Shown in pieces: positions 19,818 to 33,138 of a stretch of 64,000 nt of DNA (position 1 is the stretch's first letter; the number at the start of each line of letters is the position of its first letter). Origin of the DNA: Dipteris shenzhenensis (lineage: Eukaryota); assembly GCA_047967505.1 (NCBI GenBank), contig CM106538.1; one strand, written 5' to 3'. Under the pieces are notes generated by a model. That model was not told the DNA's origin. It searched no databases and saw only the letters and a list, made by a program, of their open reading frames with translations. The position numbers and the translations under genes are program-made.

Positions 19818-21825
19818 CTTTAACCCCCACAAATGGACCCTAGACAACTTCCCTACCAACCTTCATCTCAGCATCAAGTTAGTGAAGATTGGGTAAGCAT
19901 GTTGGATCCCCAACTTGGTTGGAACCACCCCAATGTCTTTTATGCAATCTTCTTGAAAGAGTACTTATGTGTACCTACATGTCTCAAAACCTATCCCAAG
20001 TTCTATGCGGCTCCACAACATCACAGATGGGAAGTCAACATACACACTTTGGGTGAAGATCACACCATTAATTGGCCAATGATCGATCCATACTCTGGTG
20101 TGGAATGGAATATCCACGGCACACTGATCTGAGCACTTCAATAGCATGAGCAAATAATGCGTGGCAACATTGACTGCATCCTTTGCCAAAGTGCTATCCT
20201 CTGCAAAACAGTGGAATACATCGTGGAGGTCCCCAGCCACATTGACCACCATTTTCCTCCACTCAGCTTCAATCCCAATGAACGGATTGATGCTCATATT
20301 ACAAGATGATTCTATCAAAGAGTCATCTTCTTAGAAGCATGCCACATATCTCTGTTTGAATAAATGGTGGATACAGGCTACCTGGAAACAGAGCAAAAAT
20401 TGTATGCTTTATAATAGGATTGATTGGAACTCCACAAGTTCCACGGCCACTGGATTACATGCATGGCATCCCAACTCCGTGATCACAATAAGCCATAACC
20501 CGAGGACATGTAATAAAATAAATTTGGGAGTATGTTTTCTCTATGTTAAAATGGACTTAAGTAGAGCAGAATGTGGGTAGAGTAGCGGCAAAGCTCCGCT
20601 TGTACTTGCATAAGGCTAGGAATAATCTCTCTTATGAATCCTCAACATGCAAGTTCTACTTGCAACTCCTACATGCATGTTCTACATGCAAGTCCTACAT
20701 GTGATTCCTATATGCACATGGTCTACCTGCGAGTTCTACATGCAACTCCTACATGCAACATGCAACATGGAACATGCGAGTTCTACATGAAACTCCTACA
20801 TGCAACTTGCAACTTCTACATGCAACATGCAACTCCTACATGAAACATGCAACTCCTACATGCAACATGCAACTCCTACATGCAACTTCTATATGCAAGT
20901 TCTACATGTAGAGAGAGAATCTCTCTATATGCAACTCCTACATGTAACTTCTATATGCAAGTTCTACATGCCCACACTCTTTGGGGAATTGTGTTAAGTT
21001 CTACTTTGGTATTCCAAGCAATTGTCTCCAAGTGCCCATGGTTCCTTGCACTCCACATCCAAAAGCATGTCCTAACCCTACAACTACTCCTCCCCTCTCC
21101 TCCAACCTAGCAACCCATCCTCTCCCTCTCCTCCTCCTCCTCCTCCTCCTCCTCCTCCTCCTCCTTCTCCCTTCTCCTCCTCCCTCCTCCTCCCTCCTCC
21201 CTCCTCCTCTTCCTTCTCCTCCTCCCTCCTCCTCCTCCTCCTCCTCCTCTTCCTGCTCCTGCTCCTCCTCCCTCCTCCTCCCTACTCCTCCCTTCTCCTC
21301 TCTCTCCTTCCCCCCCATGCTCTTACACCTTCTTCCTCTCCCACTCCTATGCTCCCCCTAAACCCTTAGTCCCTCAACCCTTGACCTCCATGATCTACGA
21401 GGGAGATGAGTTCTCCACCATATACTCTACCTTGAATCTTGGATCCTCCTTCTAACCCTTAAACCCCTTCTAAACCCTGGAACCTCTTCTAAATTCTAGA
21501 ACCTCTCTCTAAACCTTGAAACCTCCTTCTAAACCCTGAACCTCCCTCTAACCCTTAAACTCCTCCTAAACCCTTCAACCCCCAATGAAGGCAAAAGCCT
21601 TCATTACCCCAACCATGATGATGCATGCCCCTTTCACACATGCATGCACTATGTTTGCTTACCACATTTAAGCCTACATCTCTCCCTAGAATATGATGCG
21701 AGGTCCTAAGCTACACATACTACAAACAAAAACATCAAATTATCTGTAGGTGAGAAAGCCTTGGAAACCTGCATGCTGAGAATACCTTAGTCCTCTGTGG
21801 AAGCCATGGGAAAGAGCCAACAATG
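19818..21825 (+). mobile_element. Second, diverged copy of repeat family X
   Basis: Colinear similarity to 9420-11230 (WTLDNFPTNL ORF remnant, CT microsatellite, 20-bp array). Confidence 0.8.
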
Positions 21826-22081
21826 TGGCCATCAGTTTGATGTGATACTTGACATGTTATATACTCTATTTGTTGTGCCAAGTCACCTTGACACATTATT
21901 GTGTTGATAGCACCTACCAGCTTTCAAGCCAATCTTCACATCAAAACATATAACAAGAGTGAATGTGTGCATTGCATATGAATCTGCATCACATGGAAGT
22001 GAAAACGTGTGTAGTCTATACTTACTCTAACATAGTGCCATGGATGGATGCCATTGAGTTGGCATCCTTCTTGTAGTCTTC

Positions 22082-25000
22082 TGTTGAGATATCAAGCTCT
22101 ACCCCCGATATATCTCCTGGATGACTATCATTTATGTCACCGCCTATGTTAGTTGTACTCGTGGTGTAGTTAGACTACCACGTATGTTTTTGGTTTGGGT
22201 TCACATATGAACCACGTATTCTAGGATTTGACATATAGGGTATTTCCCTCTTCTATTGTATTATTGTTGTTGTGTGCAAAAAGTGAAGAAAGGCTTCACC
22301 CTCCAACCTTGTGTCCTCTCTCTTTTGTGTGTTGTGAAGAAAGCTGAACTTGAGTCTCCTATCTCTCTCCCTTATTCTTTACATGGTATCAGAGCCTTGT
22401 TCGTGGTAAGGAGCTCAAGAAAGCAAGCCAAGTTTGTGGTGTCCTGGTAAGAGGACCAGTGTTGCTTTCCTATTTCGAGTTTGGGAGCAAATCTCTGCAG
22501 GTAGCACAGCCAAAAGTGCAGGAGTGCACTGTTTCAGATTGAGAGGCCCTTCGCGGTGTGGCGAGAGCGCAGTATATGCTGCGGGGCCGTTTCGGGGCCC
22601 GTTTTGAAGGCGCAAGTTCTTCGCAGGCACTCAGAAAAAGGCCCTGTTTTTCGCTGTGCGACCACTGCACGGCTAGTCGGTGGAAAGGTGCCACAGAAAT
22701 TGCGTCGTATGCCTGTGTGCAGAGATATTGGGAGTTGCAGATTCATGCCTGTTGCCTGTTGATGCAAAATCGTCACTAGGAAGTGACTGTGTGGTGAAAT
22801 ACCACTTTCGTCAGTGTTGCAGATCTGCCCCTGTGAGGCTTTTTGCAGAAGTTTTGCTATTTGCCCTTGTGAGGCATTTGCTGTGTTTACAGGTTGCTGT
22901 TGCAATTCGTGATTTGTAAAATGTCTGAGAATCTGTCTACCATTGTCAGTGAGAAGCTTGACAAGAACAACTTCCAAGCATGGAAGTTCAGGATGACAAA
23001 CTTCCTTATGGGAAAGGGAGTTTGGGAGTACATCAGTGGTGAAACTGCAGAACCAGTTTTGGGTACTGCTCCCACTCCTGCTGAATTGAAGGCCTTTAAA
23101 GAATGGCATGAAAAAGCCAGAAAATGCCTGTATTGGCTGTCTGTTAGCATTTCAGATTCTATGATTGTGCATATACAGGATGTAGAGACGCCTAAGGAGG
23201 CATGGGATACATTGGTGAAGCTGTATAGCACAAATACCAAAGCACGAAAGATGCAGCTAAAGCAGGAGTTGCACAATGTGCAAAGAAAAAATCTGAATAT
23301 AAATGAGTATTCCTTGAAGGTGAAAGGCCTTGCAGATTCTCTTGCCTCCATTGGAGCACTTGTTGATGATGAGGACTTAGTGTCTGTGACCTTGAATGGT
23401 CTTGGGAAAGATTATGCACAGTTTCGAACATCCATTGGAGTCCGTGAAACATTTCCTGATTTTCAGGAACTTATTGCTCTCTTGCTGAGTGAAGAGCAAA
23501 GGAATGGTGGTTCAGCCACCTCAACTTCTCAAGAGACTGCTTTCTACTCGAATACAAGTAGAGGCAGGGGTAGAGGAAGAGGCCGTTTTGGTGGCCGTGC
23601 AGGAAATCAGAACCAACAGCAACAACAGGAAAACCAGTCCTATGGAGGAGGACGTGGTAGTTCTAGAGGCAGGGGGAGCCAAAGAGGCCGTGGTTCATGG
23701 CAAAGGAACCAGCAAGTAAATAGCAGCACAGAATGCTATTATTGTGGAAAGCCTAGACACAAGGAGAATACATGCTATAAAAAGCAGAATAACATCAAAA
23801 GTGGGAAGTTGCAGCAAAGCAACTATGCATCATCAAGTGGGCATGGTGACGACAGAAATGAGCACCTTTTTGTGATGCAGCATATGGTTAACTCCATGTC
23901 AGGAGATGCTGCACCTTGCAATGATGTTTGGTATGTTGATTCAGGTGCCTCTAACCACATGACCAGTCATGGTGAGTGGTTTCATGATGTTAGAAATTTG
24001 GATAAGCCAGGTTATGTTGAAACAGGTGATGATACTGCGCACCCAATTACGCAGGTTGGTAAAGTGCCATTGGCTATGCAGGATGGCAAAACGAAGTACT
24101 TGGCAGATGTACTTCATGTTCCAAAAATCACTAAGAACCTGGTTTCAGTTGGCCAGATGGTTGAGCAAGGTCTGCAGGTTAGATTTAATCCTGATGGATG
24201 CTTTGTTGAGGACTTGAAAAATAAGTGCCGCTTGGTTGCGAAAGGCAACAAAAATGGCAGAATGTTCACCTTGGATGTTGATATGCCTGAGGTGAAAGCT
24301 GCTATGTTTGCGCATGGGAGAGGTGTCATTGCAGATATTGAGATATGGCACAAGCGCATTGGGCACATGAATATACAAAGGCTGAAATCTATGCAAACGA
24401 AAAACATTGTTGCAGGTTTGCCTAAATTCAGAGTTGAGGGAATGCAAAAGGTATGTGAAGCATGCCAAATGGGTAAGCAGGCCAGACATGCATTTCCCAA
24501 AAATGCTAAGGTGAGCAGAAGACCTTTGGAAGTGATCCATTCAGATGTTTGGACAACCAAAGCTGCTTCTATTGGTGGATGCCATTATTATGTGACGTTT
24601 ATTGATGACTACACTAGGAAGGTGTGGATTTATTTTATGAAGCACAAAAGTGAAGTGTTCAGCCATTTCAAGGCTTTTAAAGCCATGGTTGAAAAAGAGA
24701 AAGGTGTGCATATTAAAGTGCTAAGATCTGATGGAGGGGGAGAGTACTTTTCAGAAGAATTTTGTGAATATCTGAAAGAACAGGGAATTCAAAGGAAGTA
24801 CTCATGCAGGTCTACCCCTCAGCAGAATGGGGTTGCAGAAAGGAAGAACAGGCATATTGCAGAAGTAGGACGGGCGATCCTAAATGAGAAAAACATGCCT
24901 GATTATTTTTGGGCTGAAGCAGTAGCAACTGCTGTTTATATTATGAACAGAACCCCCACTGCAGCTGTCCATGGCATGACGCCTGAAGAAATGTATACAG

Positions 25001-27420
25001 GCCAAAAACCAGATATTTCTCACTTGAAGGTATTTGGTTGCATAGCTTATGTTCATGTTCCTGATGAGAAGAGAACAAAGCTGGATCCAAAGGCAGAAAA
25101 ATGCATCTTTATTGGATATGCTCTGCACCAGAAAGGGTATCGCTGTTATAACCCTTCCACCCGCAAAATGCAAGTGAGCAGAGATGTTGTTTTTGATGAA
25201 ATGAGCAGCTGGTATGCACCAACTGTTATGGTAGGAGATGCAGATGCAGGAAATGGGAATGCTGCAATAAATGCAGAGCAGCAATCTCAAGCCTTGAGTG
25301 GACCCAGAGAGTCCTCTACTAGTGGATCTAATGCATGGACAGGGAGATTGAGATCTAGTGAATCGTCACATGGCAGCCCTGATAGTGTTGTGCAGGTATC
25401 ACATAAGGGAAAAGAAAAAGTAGACCATGCTCCAGTGTTTGATGTGTCTGCTAGGAGCTCTCATGTTGATGGAGAGTCAAGCGGCTCTGAAATGAGCCTT
25501 GATGAGGAACTTGGGATTCCGTCTGTTGTTACACCTGGTGCAAGGAAAAGCAGGCATGATTTAAAGACTCCTGCAACTGATCCAGTTGTACGAAGGTCCA
25601 CTCGTATTAAGTATCCAGTTGATAGGTTGAGATATGATGGGTATACAGCACATCACTATGCTTATATGGTCAAGGTTCTAGAGAGGAGCCAGAGCCCACA
25701 TGTTTTGAGGATGCAGCAGGGCATAAAAATTGGGAAGCAGCTATGGATGAAGAGATGGCTGCCTTGGATGCAAACCACACTTGGGATTTGATGCCTTTGC
25801 CTCATGATAAGAAGGCTATTGGCTGCAAGTGGGTTTACAAAGTAAAGCACAATGCTGATGGGTCTGTTAGCAGGTACAAGGCAAGATTGGTTGCCAAAGG
25901 TTTTGCACAGACATATGGAATTGACTATGAGGAAACTTTCAGCCCAGTTGCAAGGATGGCAACCGTGAGAGCAGTAATTGCTATGGCTGCTGCAAAGGGA
26001 TGGTCTTTGCATCAGATGGATGTGAAAAATGCCTTCTTGCATGGTGATTTGCAGGAAGAGGTTTATATGATGCAGCCAGAAGGTTATGAGAATAATTCAC
26101 ACCCCGATTTTGTATGCAGGTTGCGCAAAGCCTTGTATGGCTTAAAACAGGCGCCGAGGGCATGGTCAGACAAGATAGGGCAATATCTTGTCACTATTGG
26201 ATTTCAGATTTCCAATTCAGATTTTTCACTTTATGTGAAAAGGACAAACAGAGGGATTGTGCTTATAGTCATCTATGTTGATGACTTGATTATTACAGGT
26301 GATAGTGATGCAGACATTAATGAAGTGAAGCTACTGTTGAAGCAGAAATTTGAGATGAAGGATTTGGGAGAGCTGCGTTACTTCTTGCGCATTGAGGTTA
26401 TTAGATCCCCGAGTGGGATATGGCTGTTGCAAAGGCAATACGGTTTGGACATGCTATCCAAATATGGGATGACAGGGTGTAAGCCTATCTCTATTCCATT
26501 GGAGCAGAATGTGAAGCTCAATGCAGAGACAGGTGAGCTTCTTGAAGATATTACTATGTACAGGCGCATAGTAGGTAGCTTGATTTACATGACTATAACC
26601 AGACCAGATTTGAGCTATGCTGTGGGGCTGGTGAGTCAGTTTATGCAGGCACCGAGGAAGCCACATTTGGATGCGGCTAGGCGCATACTGCGGTATGTGA
26701 AGTCCACATTGCATTATGGACTGTTTTATGAAGCTGGGTGTGCATTACAGGTACATGGATACACAGATGCTGACTGGGCTGGTAGTGTCTCAGACAGGAG
26801 ATCTACTAGTGGTTTTATGTTTTCCCTTGGGAGTGCTGCCATCAGTTGGAGCAACAAGAAGCAGCCAACAGTTGCCTTGTCGAGCACAGAGGCTGAGTAC
26901 AGGGGTGCAGCAATGGCTGCATGTGAGGTAGCTTGGTTACGGAAGCTACTTGCAGATATGGGACAGTCAATTCATGTAGCAGTTGTCATTCATTGTGACA
27001 ACATTAGCAGCATCATGCTTGCTAATAACCCAGTTTATCATGCTAGAACGAAGCACATTGAGGTGCATTATCACTTTGTGAGAGAGAAGGTTCTAGCTGG
27101 TGAGATTGATCTTGTCTATGTCAGCACTGAGGAGCAGGTGGCTGATATTTTTACGAAGGCATTGGGTACCGAGAAGCTTCACAGATTTAGGAGCTTGCTT
27201 GGTGTACGTGAGATGGATTTGAGCTTGAGGGGGAGTGTTGAGATATCAAGCTCTACCCCCGATATATCTCCTGGATGACTATCATTTATGTCACCGCCTA
27301 TGTTAGTTGTACTCGTGGTGTAGTTAGACTACCACGTATGTTTTTGGTTTGGGTTCACATATGAACCACGTATTCTAGGATTTGACATATAGGGTATTTC
27401 CCTCTTCTATTGTATTATTG
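22082..27420 (+). mobile_element. Copia family A copy 1: 5' LTR 22082-22383, PBS 22384-22395, gag-pol 22921-27278 with one frameshift, PPT, truncated 3' LTR 27236-27420
   Basis: TG..CA LTR; PBS TGGTATCAGAGC; CCHC knuckle, WYVDSGAS, integrase DDE, YVDD, ADIFTKAL. A 2-bp insertion at ~25682 versus the intact copy splits the ORF into 965 and 511 aa. The shared LTR parts look identical. Confidence 0.96.
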
Positions 27421-30234
27421 AGAGTGCATTGTCTCAGATTGAGACGCCCTTCGCAGTGTGGCGAGAGTGCAGTATATGCTGCGGGCGGGGGCAAAGCCCT
27501 CAGTGACTTTATTTTTCTGATTCGAGGCCATCTCGGGGCCCGTTTTGAAGGCAGAAGTTCTTTGCAGGCCCTCAGAAAAAGGCCCTGTTTTGGCTATGCG
27601 ACCACTGTTCTACAGGTCGTGAAAAGTTGCCACAGAAATTGCATCGTATGCCTGTGCGCAGAGATATTGGGAGTTGCAGAATCATCCTTATTGCCTGTTG
27701 ATGCAAAATCGTCACTAGGAAGTGACTGTGTGGTCAAAAACCACTTTCTCAGGTTTGCAGATTTTCCCTTGTGAGGTAGAAGCTGTGTTTTTTGCAGTGA
27801 CAGAATATTTTGCAGTGTTCTGTAATGGCGTCTGATTCTCTTTCACAGATTGTCACTGAAAAGCTTTACAAGAACAACTTCCAAGCATGGAAGTTTAGAA
27901 TGACGAATTTCCTTATGGGAAAAGGCTACTGGGAGTTCATTACAGGAAATGAAGAAGAACCAGTTCTTCCTAACGTTCCCAATCAACAGGAAATGCAAGC
28001 ATTTAAAGGATGGCATGAGAGAGCCAGAAAAGTTATGTACTGGTTGTCTATCAGTATTTCAAATTCAATGATTATGCATATTCAGGATGCAAGTACGCCA
28101 AAGGTGGCATGGGATACTTTGGCTAAAATGTACAGCAACAAATACGCAGGCCAGGAAAATGCAACTCAAGCAGGAGCTACACAATCTGTAGAGAGAAAGT
28201 ATGAGCATCAATGACTACCACATGAAGGTGAAGAAAATTGCGGATGCACTTGCTTCCATTGGGTCGCCAATGGATGATGACGATATAGTTTCTGTGACCT
28301 TGAATGGTCTAGGAAAGGATTATGCACAGTTCCGGACATCCATTGCCGTCCGTGAAAAATTTCCTGATTTTGAGGAGTTGATTGCTCTTCTAATTTCTGA
28401 AGAGCAGAGAAATGGTGGTGCATCTTCTTCAGGAGGAACTTCAAAAGAAACTGTCTTCTACTCAAATGCTAGAAGGGGTAGAGGCAGAGGTAGAGGAGGC
28501 CGATCTGGAGGCTGTGGTAGAAATCAGAATATGCAGCAAACTCAAGAAAACCAGTCCTATGCAGGAGGACGTGGTAACTCTAGAGGCAGGGGGAGCCAAA
28601 GAGGTCATGGTGGATGGCAGAGAGGCCAAAATGCAAACAGCAATGTTGAATGCTACTACTGTGGTAAAATGGGGCATATGACTAAATACTGCTACCAAAA
28701 GCAGAATGACATTATGAATGGAAAATTGCAGCAAGGCAATTATGCATCCTCTAGTAGACAGGGTGATGACAGAAATGAGCATTTGTTTATGGTACAACAT
28801 ATGACAAATTCTGTGACAAGTGCAGAAGAAAGCAATGATTTGTGGTATGTTGAGTCAGGTGCGTCAAACCACATGACAGGTCATGCTGAATGGATGCAGG
28901 ACAGGATGTAAGGAAAATGGAAAAAAAGGATTTGTGGAGACTGGTGATGATATTGCACATCCTATTGTATAGATTGGCAAAATTCCTTTGTCTATGCAGG
29001 ATGGGAAAAAGAAATACTTGTCTGATGTATTTCATGTCCCGAACATCACCATGAACCTGGTTTCTGTTGGTCAAATGGTTGAGCAGGGCTTGCAGGTCAG
29101 ATTCAATCCTCATGGATGCTTTGTTGAGGATATGAAAAATAATGGTCACTTGATAGCAAAAGGAAAGAAGAAGGGCATGATGTTTACGCTGGATGCGGAC
29201 ATGCCTAAATTGAGTGCAGTAATGTTTGCACATGGGACCAGTGTAGTTGCAGATATTAATATCTGGCATAAACGCATTGGTCATGTTAATGTACAGCGAC
29301 TTAAATCAATGCAGGCCCAAAATATTGTTGCAGGATTGCCTAAATTCAAGGTTGCAGAAATGCACAAGGTTTGTGAAGCCTGTCGATTTGGGAAACAAGC
29401 AAGGAAACCTTTTCCTAGGCATGTTCAAGAGAGTAAAATGCCATTGGAATTAATCCACTCTGATGTGTGGACTACTAAGCTGCATCTATTGGTGGCTGTC
29501 ACTATTTTGTCACATTTATTGATGACTTCAGCATAAAACTTTGGGTGTATTTTATGAAAAAGAAAAGTGAAGTGTTTGGGCACTTCAAAGCTTTCAAAGC
29601 TATGGTTGAAAAAGAAACAGGCCTGTAAATAAAATGCCTAAGGTCAGATGGAGGGGGAGAGTACCTCTCAAATGAGTTTGCAAGGTTCTTGCAGGAGCAT
29701 GGTATAAAGTAGCAATATTCATGCAGTCATACCCCACAGCAAAATGGAATTGTAGAAAGGAAAAATAGGCATATTGGAGAGGTATCTCAGGCTATGCTAA
29801 ATGAAAAAGGTCTACTAGATTATTATTGGGCTAAAGCAGTTGCTACAGTAGTTTATATACTCCCACTGCAGCAATACATGGCATGACGCCAGAGGAGATG
29901 TATACTGGTAGGAAACCAGATATTTCTCATTTGAAAATTTTTGGTTGCATTGCCTATGTCCATGTGCCAGATGAGTTGAGGTCCAAGTTGGATCCAAAAG
30001 CTGAGAAGTGCATCTTTATTGGTTATTCTCTGCAGTAGAAAGGGTATAGATGCTATAACCCTTCTACTCGTAAGGTTACAGTGAGCAGAGATGTTGTTTT
30101 TGATGAGATGAGCAGCTGGTATAAACCAGTAAATGTGATGATTGATGTAGATGCACAAAATGGTAATGTTGCACAGAATTCACAGCAGTAATCACAAAAT
30201 ATCAGTGGACCTGCAGTGTCCTCTAGTAGTGGTT
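27421..30234 (+). mobile_element. Copia family B (sister of A), truncated: leader, gag, protease, integrase; decayed
   Basis: MASDSLSQIVTEKL gag, CYYCGKMGH, WYVESGAS, IHSDVW; multiple stops and frameshifts; homologous to 37948-39878. Confidence 0.9.
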
Positions 30235-30261
30235 CACATACCTTGCCATGGATAGGTAGAT

Positions 30262-30545
30262 TGGGGGAAAGGGGGGAGGGGGAGGTGGAAATGGAGGGGG
30301 GAGGGGGAGGGGGAGAGGGAGGTGGAGATGGAGATGGAGGGGGGAGGGGGAGGTGAAAATGGAGGGGGGAGGGGGAGGGGGAGGTGGAAATGGAGATGGA
30401 GGGGGGAGGGGGAGGTGAAAATGGAGGGGGGAGGGGGAGGGGGAGGTGGAAATGGAGATGGAGGGGGGAGGGGGTGGTGGAAATGGAGGGGGAAGGGGGA
30501 GGGGGAGGTGGAGATGGAGGGGAGTGGTGGAAATGGGAGGGGAAA
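30262..30545 (+). repeat. G-rich low-complexity tandem repeat (GGGGGA)n / GGAAATGGAGATGGA, potential G-quadruplex tract
   Basis: Direct inspection; ~63-bp higher-order duplication. Confidence 0.85.
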
Positions 30546-31209
30546 AAAGAGAGAGCAAATAAAAAACTTGACGGACGGAAATCGAAAGGGAGAGAGAGGT
30601 GGTTACCTGAACGCTCTCCAAGTCTTTCTCGATGTAACGGGATTGTTGTGGAACAATGGACAATGGGTGGATTGCAAGGTTATCACTACGAGATGGGCTC
30701 GAAGTCACTTACAATGCAAGGATGGGAGTAAGGTGGTGGTCGATGGAGAGGGAGGAGTGTCTTGCATAGGGCTCGGAATGAAGAAGAGAATGGAGGAAAA
30801 AAGTGAAAGATGAAGAATGAGGGGGTGGAGTTGGTTTTTATAGGATTTGAATTTAGGTTTAGGGTTTAACCCTAAACTCTTCCCGAGCCATAACTCTTTA
30901 TGGATAGCTCGGTTTGCTTTTCTGCAAAAAGATGAAATGATCAAAATTGCAATCTCTACACATTTGTGTCCACTACCTAGCCTGATTATTTATCATGTGG
31001 CTTCTATTTAAGAAATAAAGAAAATTTCGTAAGGTAGTAACCCAAGGTTGAGATGCTTGGGGTAGATATGGTTGGCTAGAAATGGGAAAAAAAAATTTGC
31101 TCTCCTTGCCCTTGAGTGTTATGTTTGTGAAAGTTCCAAGTAGTTTGTTTTTTACACATACCTACGTATGTTTACTCACTACTTGAGACGCTAGTCTCCC
31201 TGGCAACAG

Positions 31210-33138
31210 CACTAAATGTTGGCTCTTTCCTATTGCTTTTATAGGAAGAGCTGGGTTCTCTCAGTATGTAGGGTTCCGAGGCTTTTTGTCACCTATAGAT
31301 ATATTGTGTAGCTTAGGACCTCGAGTCGTGTTCTGGTGAGAGATGTAGGCTTAAGTGTGGTAAGCAAACAAAGTGCATGCATTTGTAAAAGGAACATCAT
31401 GATTGAGGTAATGAAGGCTTTCGCCTTCATTGGGGGTTGTAGGGTTTAGGAGGATTTTAAGGGTTAGAAGGAGGTTCCAGGGTTTAGAAGGAGGTTCCAG
31501 GGTTCAGAAGGAGTTCCAAGGTTTAGAAAGAGGTTCCAAGGTTAGAAGGAGGATCCAAGGTTCAGAAGGAGGTTCCAAGGTTCAGAAGGAGGTTCCAGGG
31601 TTTAAAAGGAGGTTCCAGGGTTTGGAAGGAGTCCAAGGTTAGAAGGAGGTTCCAAGGTTGAGGGTCGAGTACATGGTGGAGAACTCTACAAAACTGACAA
31701 AAGTGGTATTTGACCACATAGTCACTTCCTAGTGACGATTTTGCATGAACAAGCAATAAGGATGATTCTGTAACTCCCAATATCTCTGCCCACAGGCATA
31801 CGATGCAATTTTTGTGGCAACTTTTCACCGACTTGCAGAGCAGTGGTCGCACATCAAAACTAGGGCCTTTTTCTCAATGCTTGCAGAGAACTTTTGCCTC
31901 CAAAATGGGCCCCGGAATGGCCCTACAGCATATACTGCCCTCTCGCCACACCGTGAAGGGCATCTCAATTTGAGACAATGCACTCTTGCACTTTCCGGCT
32001 GTGCTACCTGCAAACTCAAAAAAGGAAAGCAACATTGGTCCTCTTACCAGGACACCGCGAACTTGGTTTGCTTTCTTGAGCTCCTTACCACGAACCAGGC
32101 TCTAATACCATGTGAAGATAGTGGGAGAGAAGGAAGGAGTCTCACTTGCAGCTTTCTCACATACACAATGGGGGAATACACACAAAGGTGGAGGCTGAAC
32201 ACAGTTTTCCTCTTCTTAGTTGTGAAAGCCAAAAGAACTCTAGTACAAAGAAATAGAAGAACCCTATATGTGGGTCTCAAACCAAACTCAACTAACTAAG
32301 GTGGCATACTAACTAAGCCATGAACTAGAGTACATAAGGATAGCTGTCATCCAACTATTATTCATGGGTGGTGTACCAACCACATCTGTAGCTAACAAGT
32401 CGGTGACATAAATGCACAACGGTCACCCTGGCATATCACGAGTGGAGCTCGATATCTCAACAAGAAGAGGTTCCAGGGTTAGAAGGAGGATTCAAGGTTC
32501 AAGGTAGAGTACATGGTGGAGAACTCATCTCCCTCGTAGATCATGGAGGTTAAGGGTTGAGGAAATAAGGGTTTAGGGGGAGCATAGGAGTGGGAGAGGA
32601 AGAAGGTGTAAGAGCATGGGGGGAAAGAAGAGAGAGGAGGAGGGAGGAGGAGGAGGGAGGAGGAGAGGGAGAGGAGGAGGAGAAGGGAGAAGGAGGAGAG
32701 AGGAGGAGAGGGAGATAAGGAGAGGGAGAGGATGGGGAGGAGGAGTTGCAAGGTTAGGACATGCTTTTGGACATGGAGTGCAAGGAAGCATGGACACTTG
32801 AGACAATTGCTTGTAATACCCAAGTAGAACTCAACATAATGCCCCAAAGAGTGTGGGCATCATTCCATTATGGGGTATTTATACAAGTTGGAGAGCTTCT
32901 CTCTCTGCATGTAGGAATTGTAAGACATTCTCTCTCTGCATGTAGAACTTGCATATAGAAGTTGCATGTAGAAGTTGCAAGTTGCATGTAGCATGTAGGA
33001 GTTGCATGTAGAACTCGCATGTAGAACTTGCATGTAGGAGTTGCATGTAGAACTCATATGTGGAACGTGCATGTAGGACTTGCATGTAGAACATGCATGT
33101 AGGAGTTTCATGTAGAACATGCATGTAGGAGTTGTATG
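31210..33138 (-). mobile_element. Repeat family X, minus-strand segments (31210-31686 and 32463-33138) interrupted by a Copia B fragment
   Basis: Reverse complement of 10380-11230-type sequence, including the 20-bp array, GA microsatellite and GCATGTAGAACTT array. Confidence 0.8.
31688..32462 (-). mobile_element. Copia B 5' LTR (32111-32462), PBS and leader only
   Basis: TG..CA LTR similar to 39879-40234; adjacent PBS variant TGGTATTAGAGC. Confidence 0.88.

Noticed and set aside
22256-27774. Numerous short antisense and overlapping ORFs recurring in each Copia A copy
   Set aside because: They recur only because the copies are near-identical; no independent coding signal.
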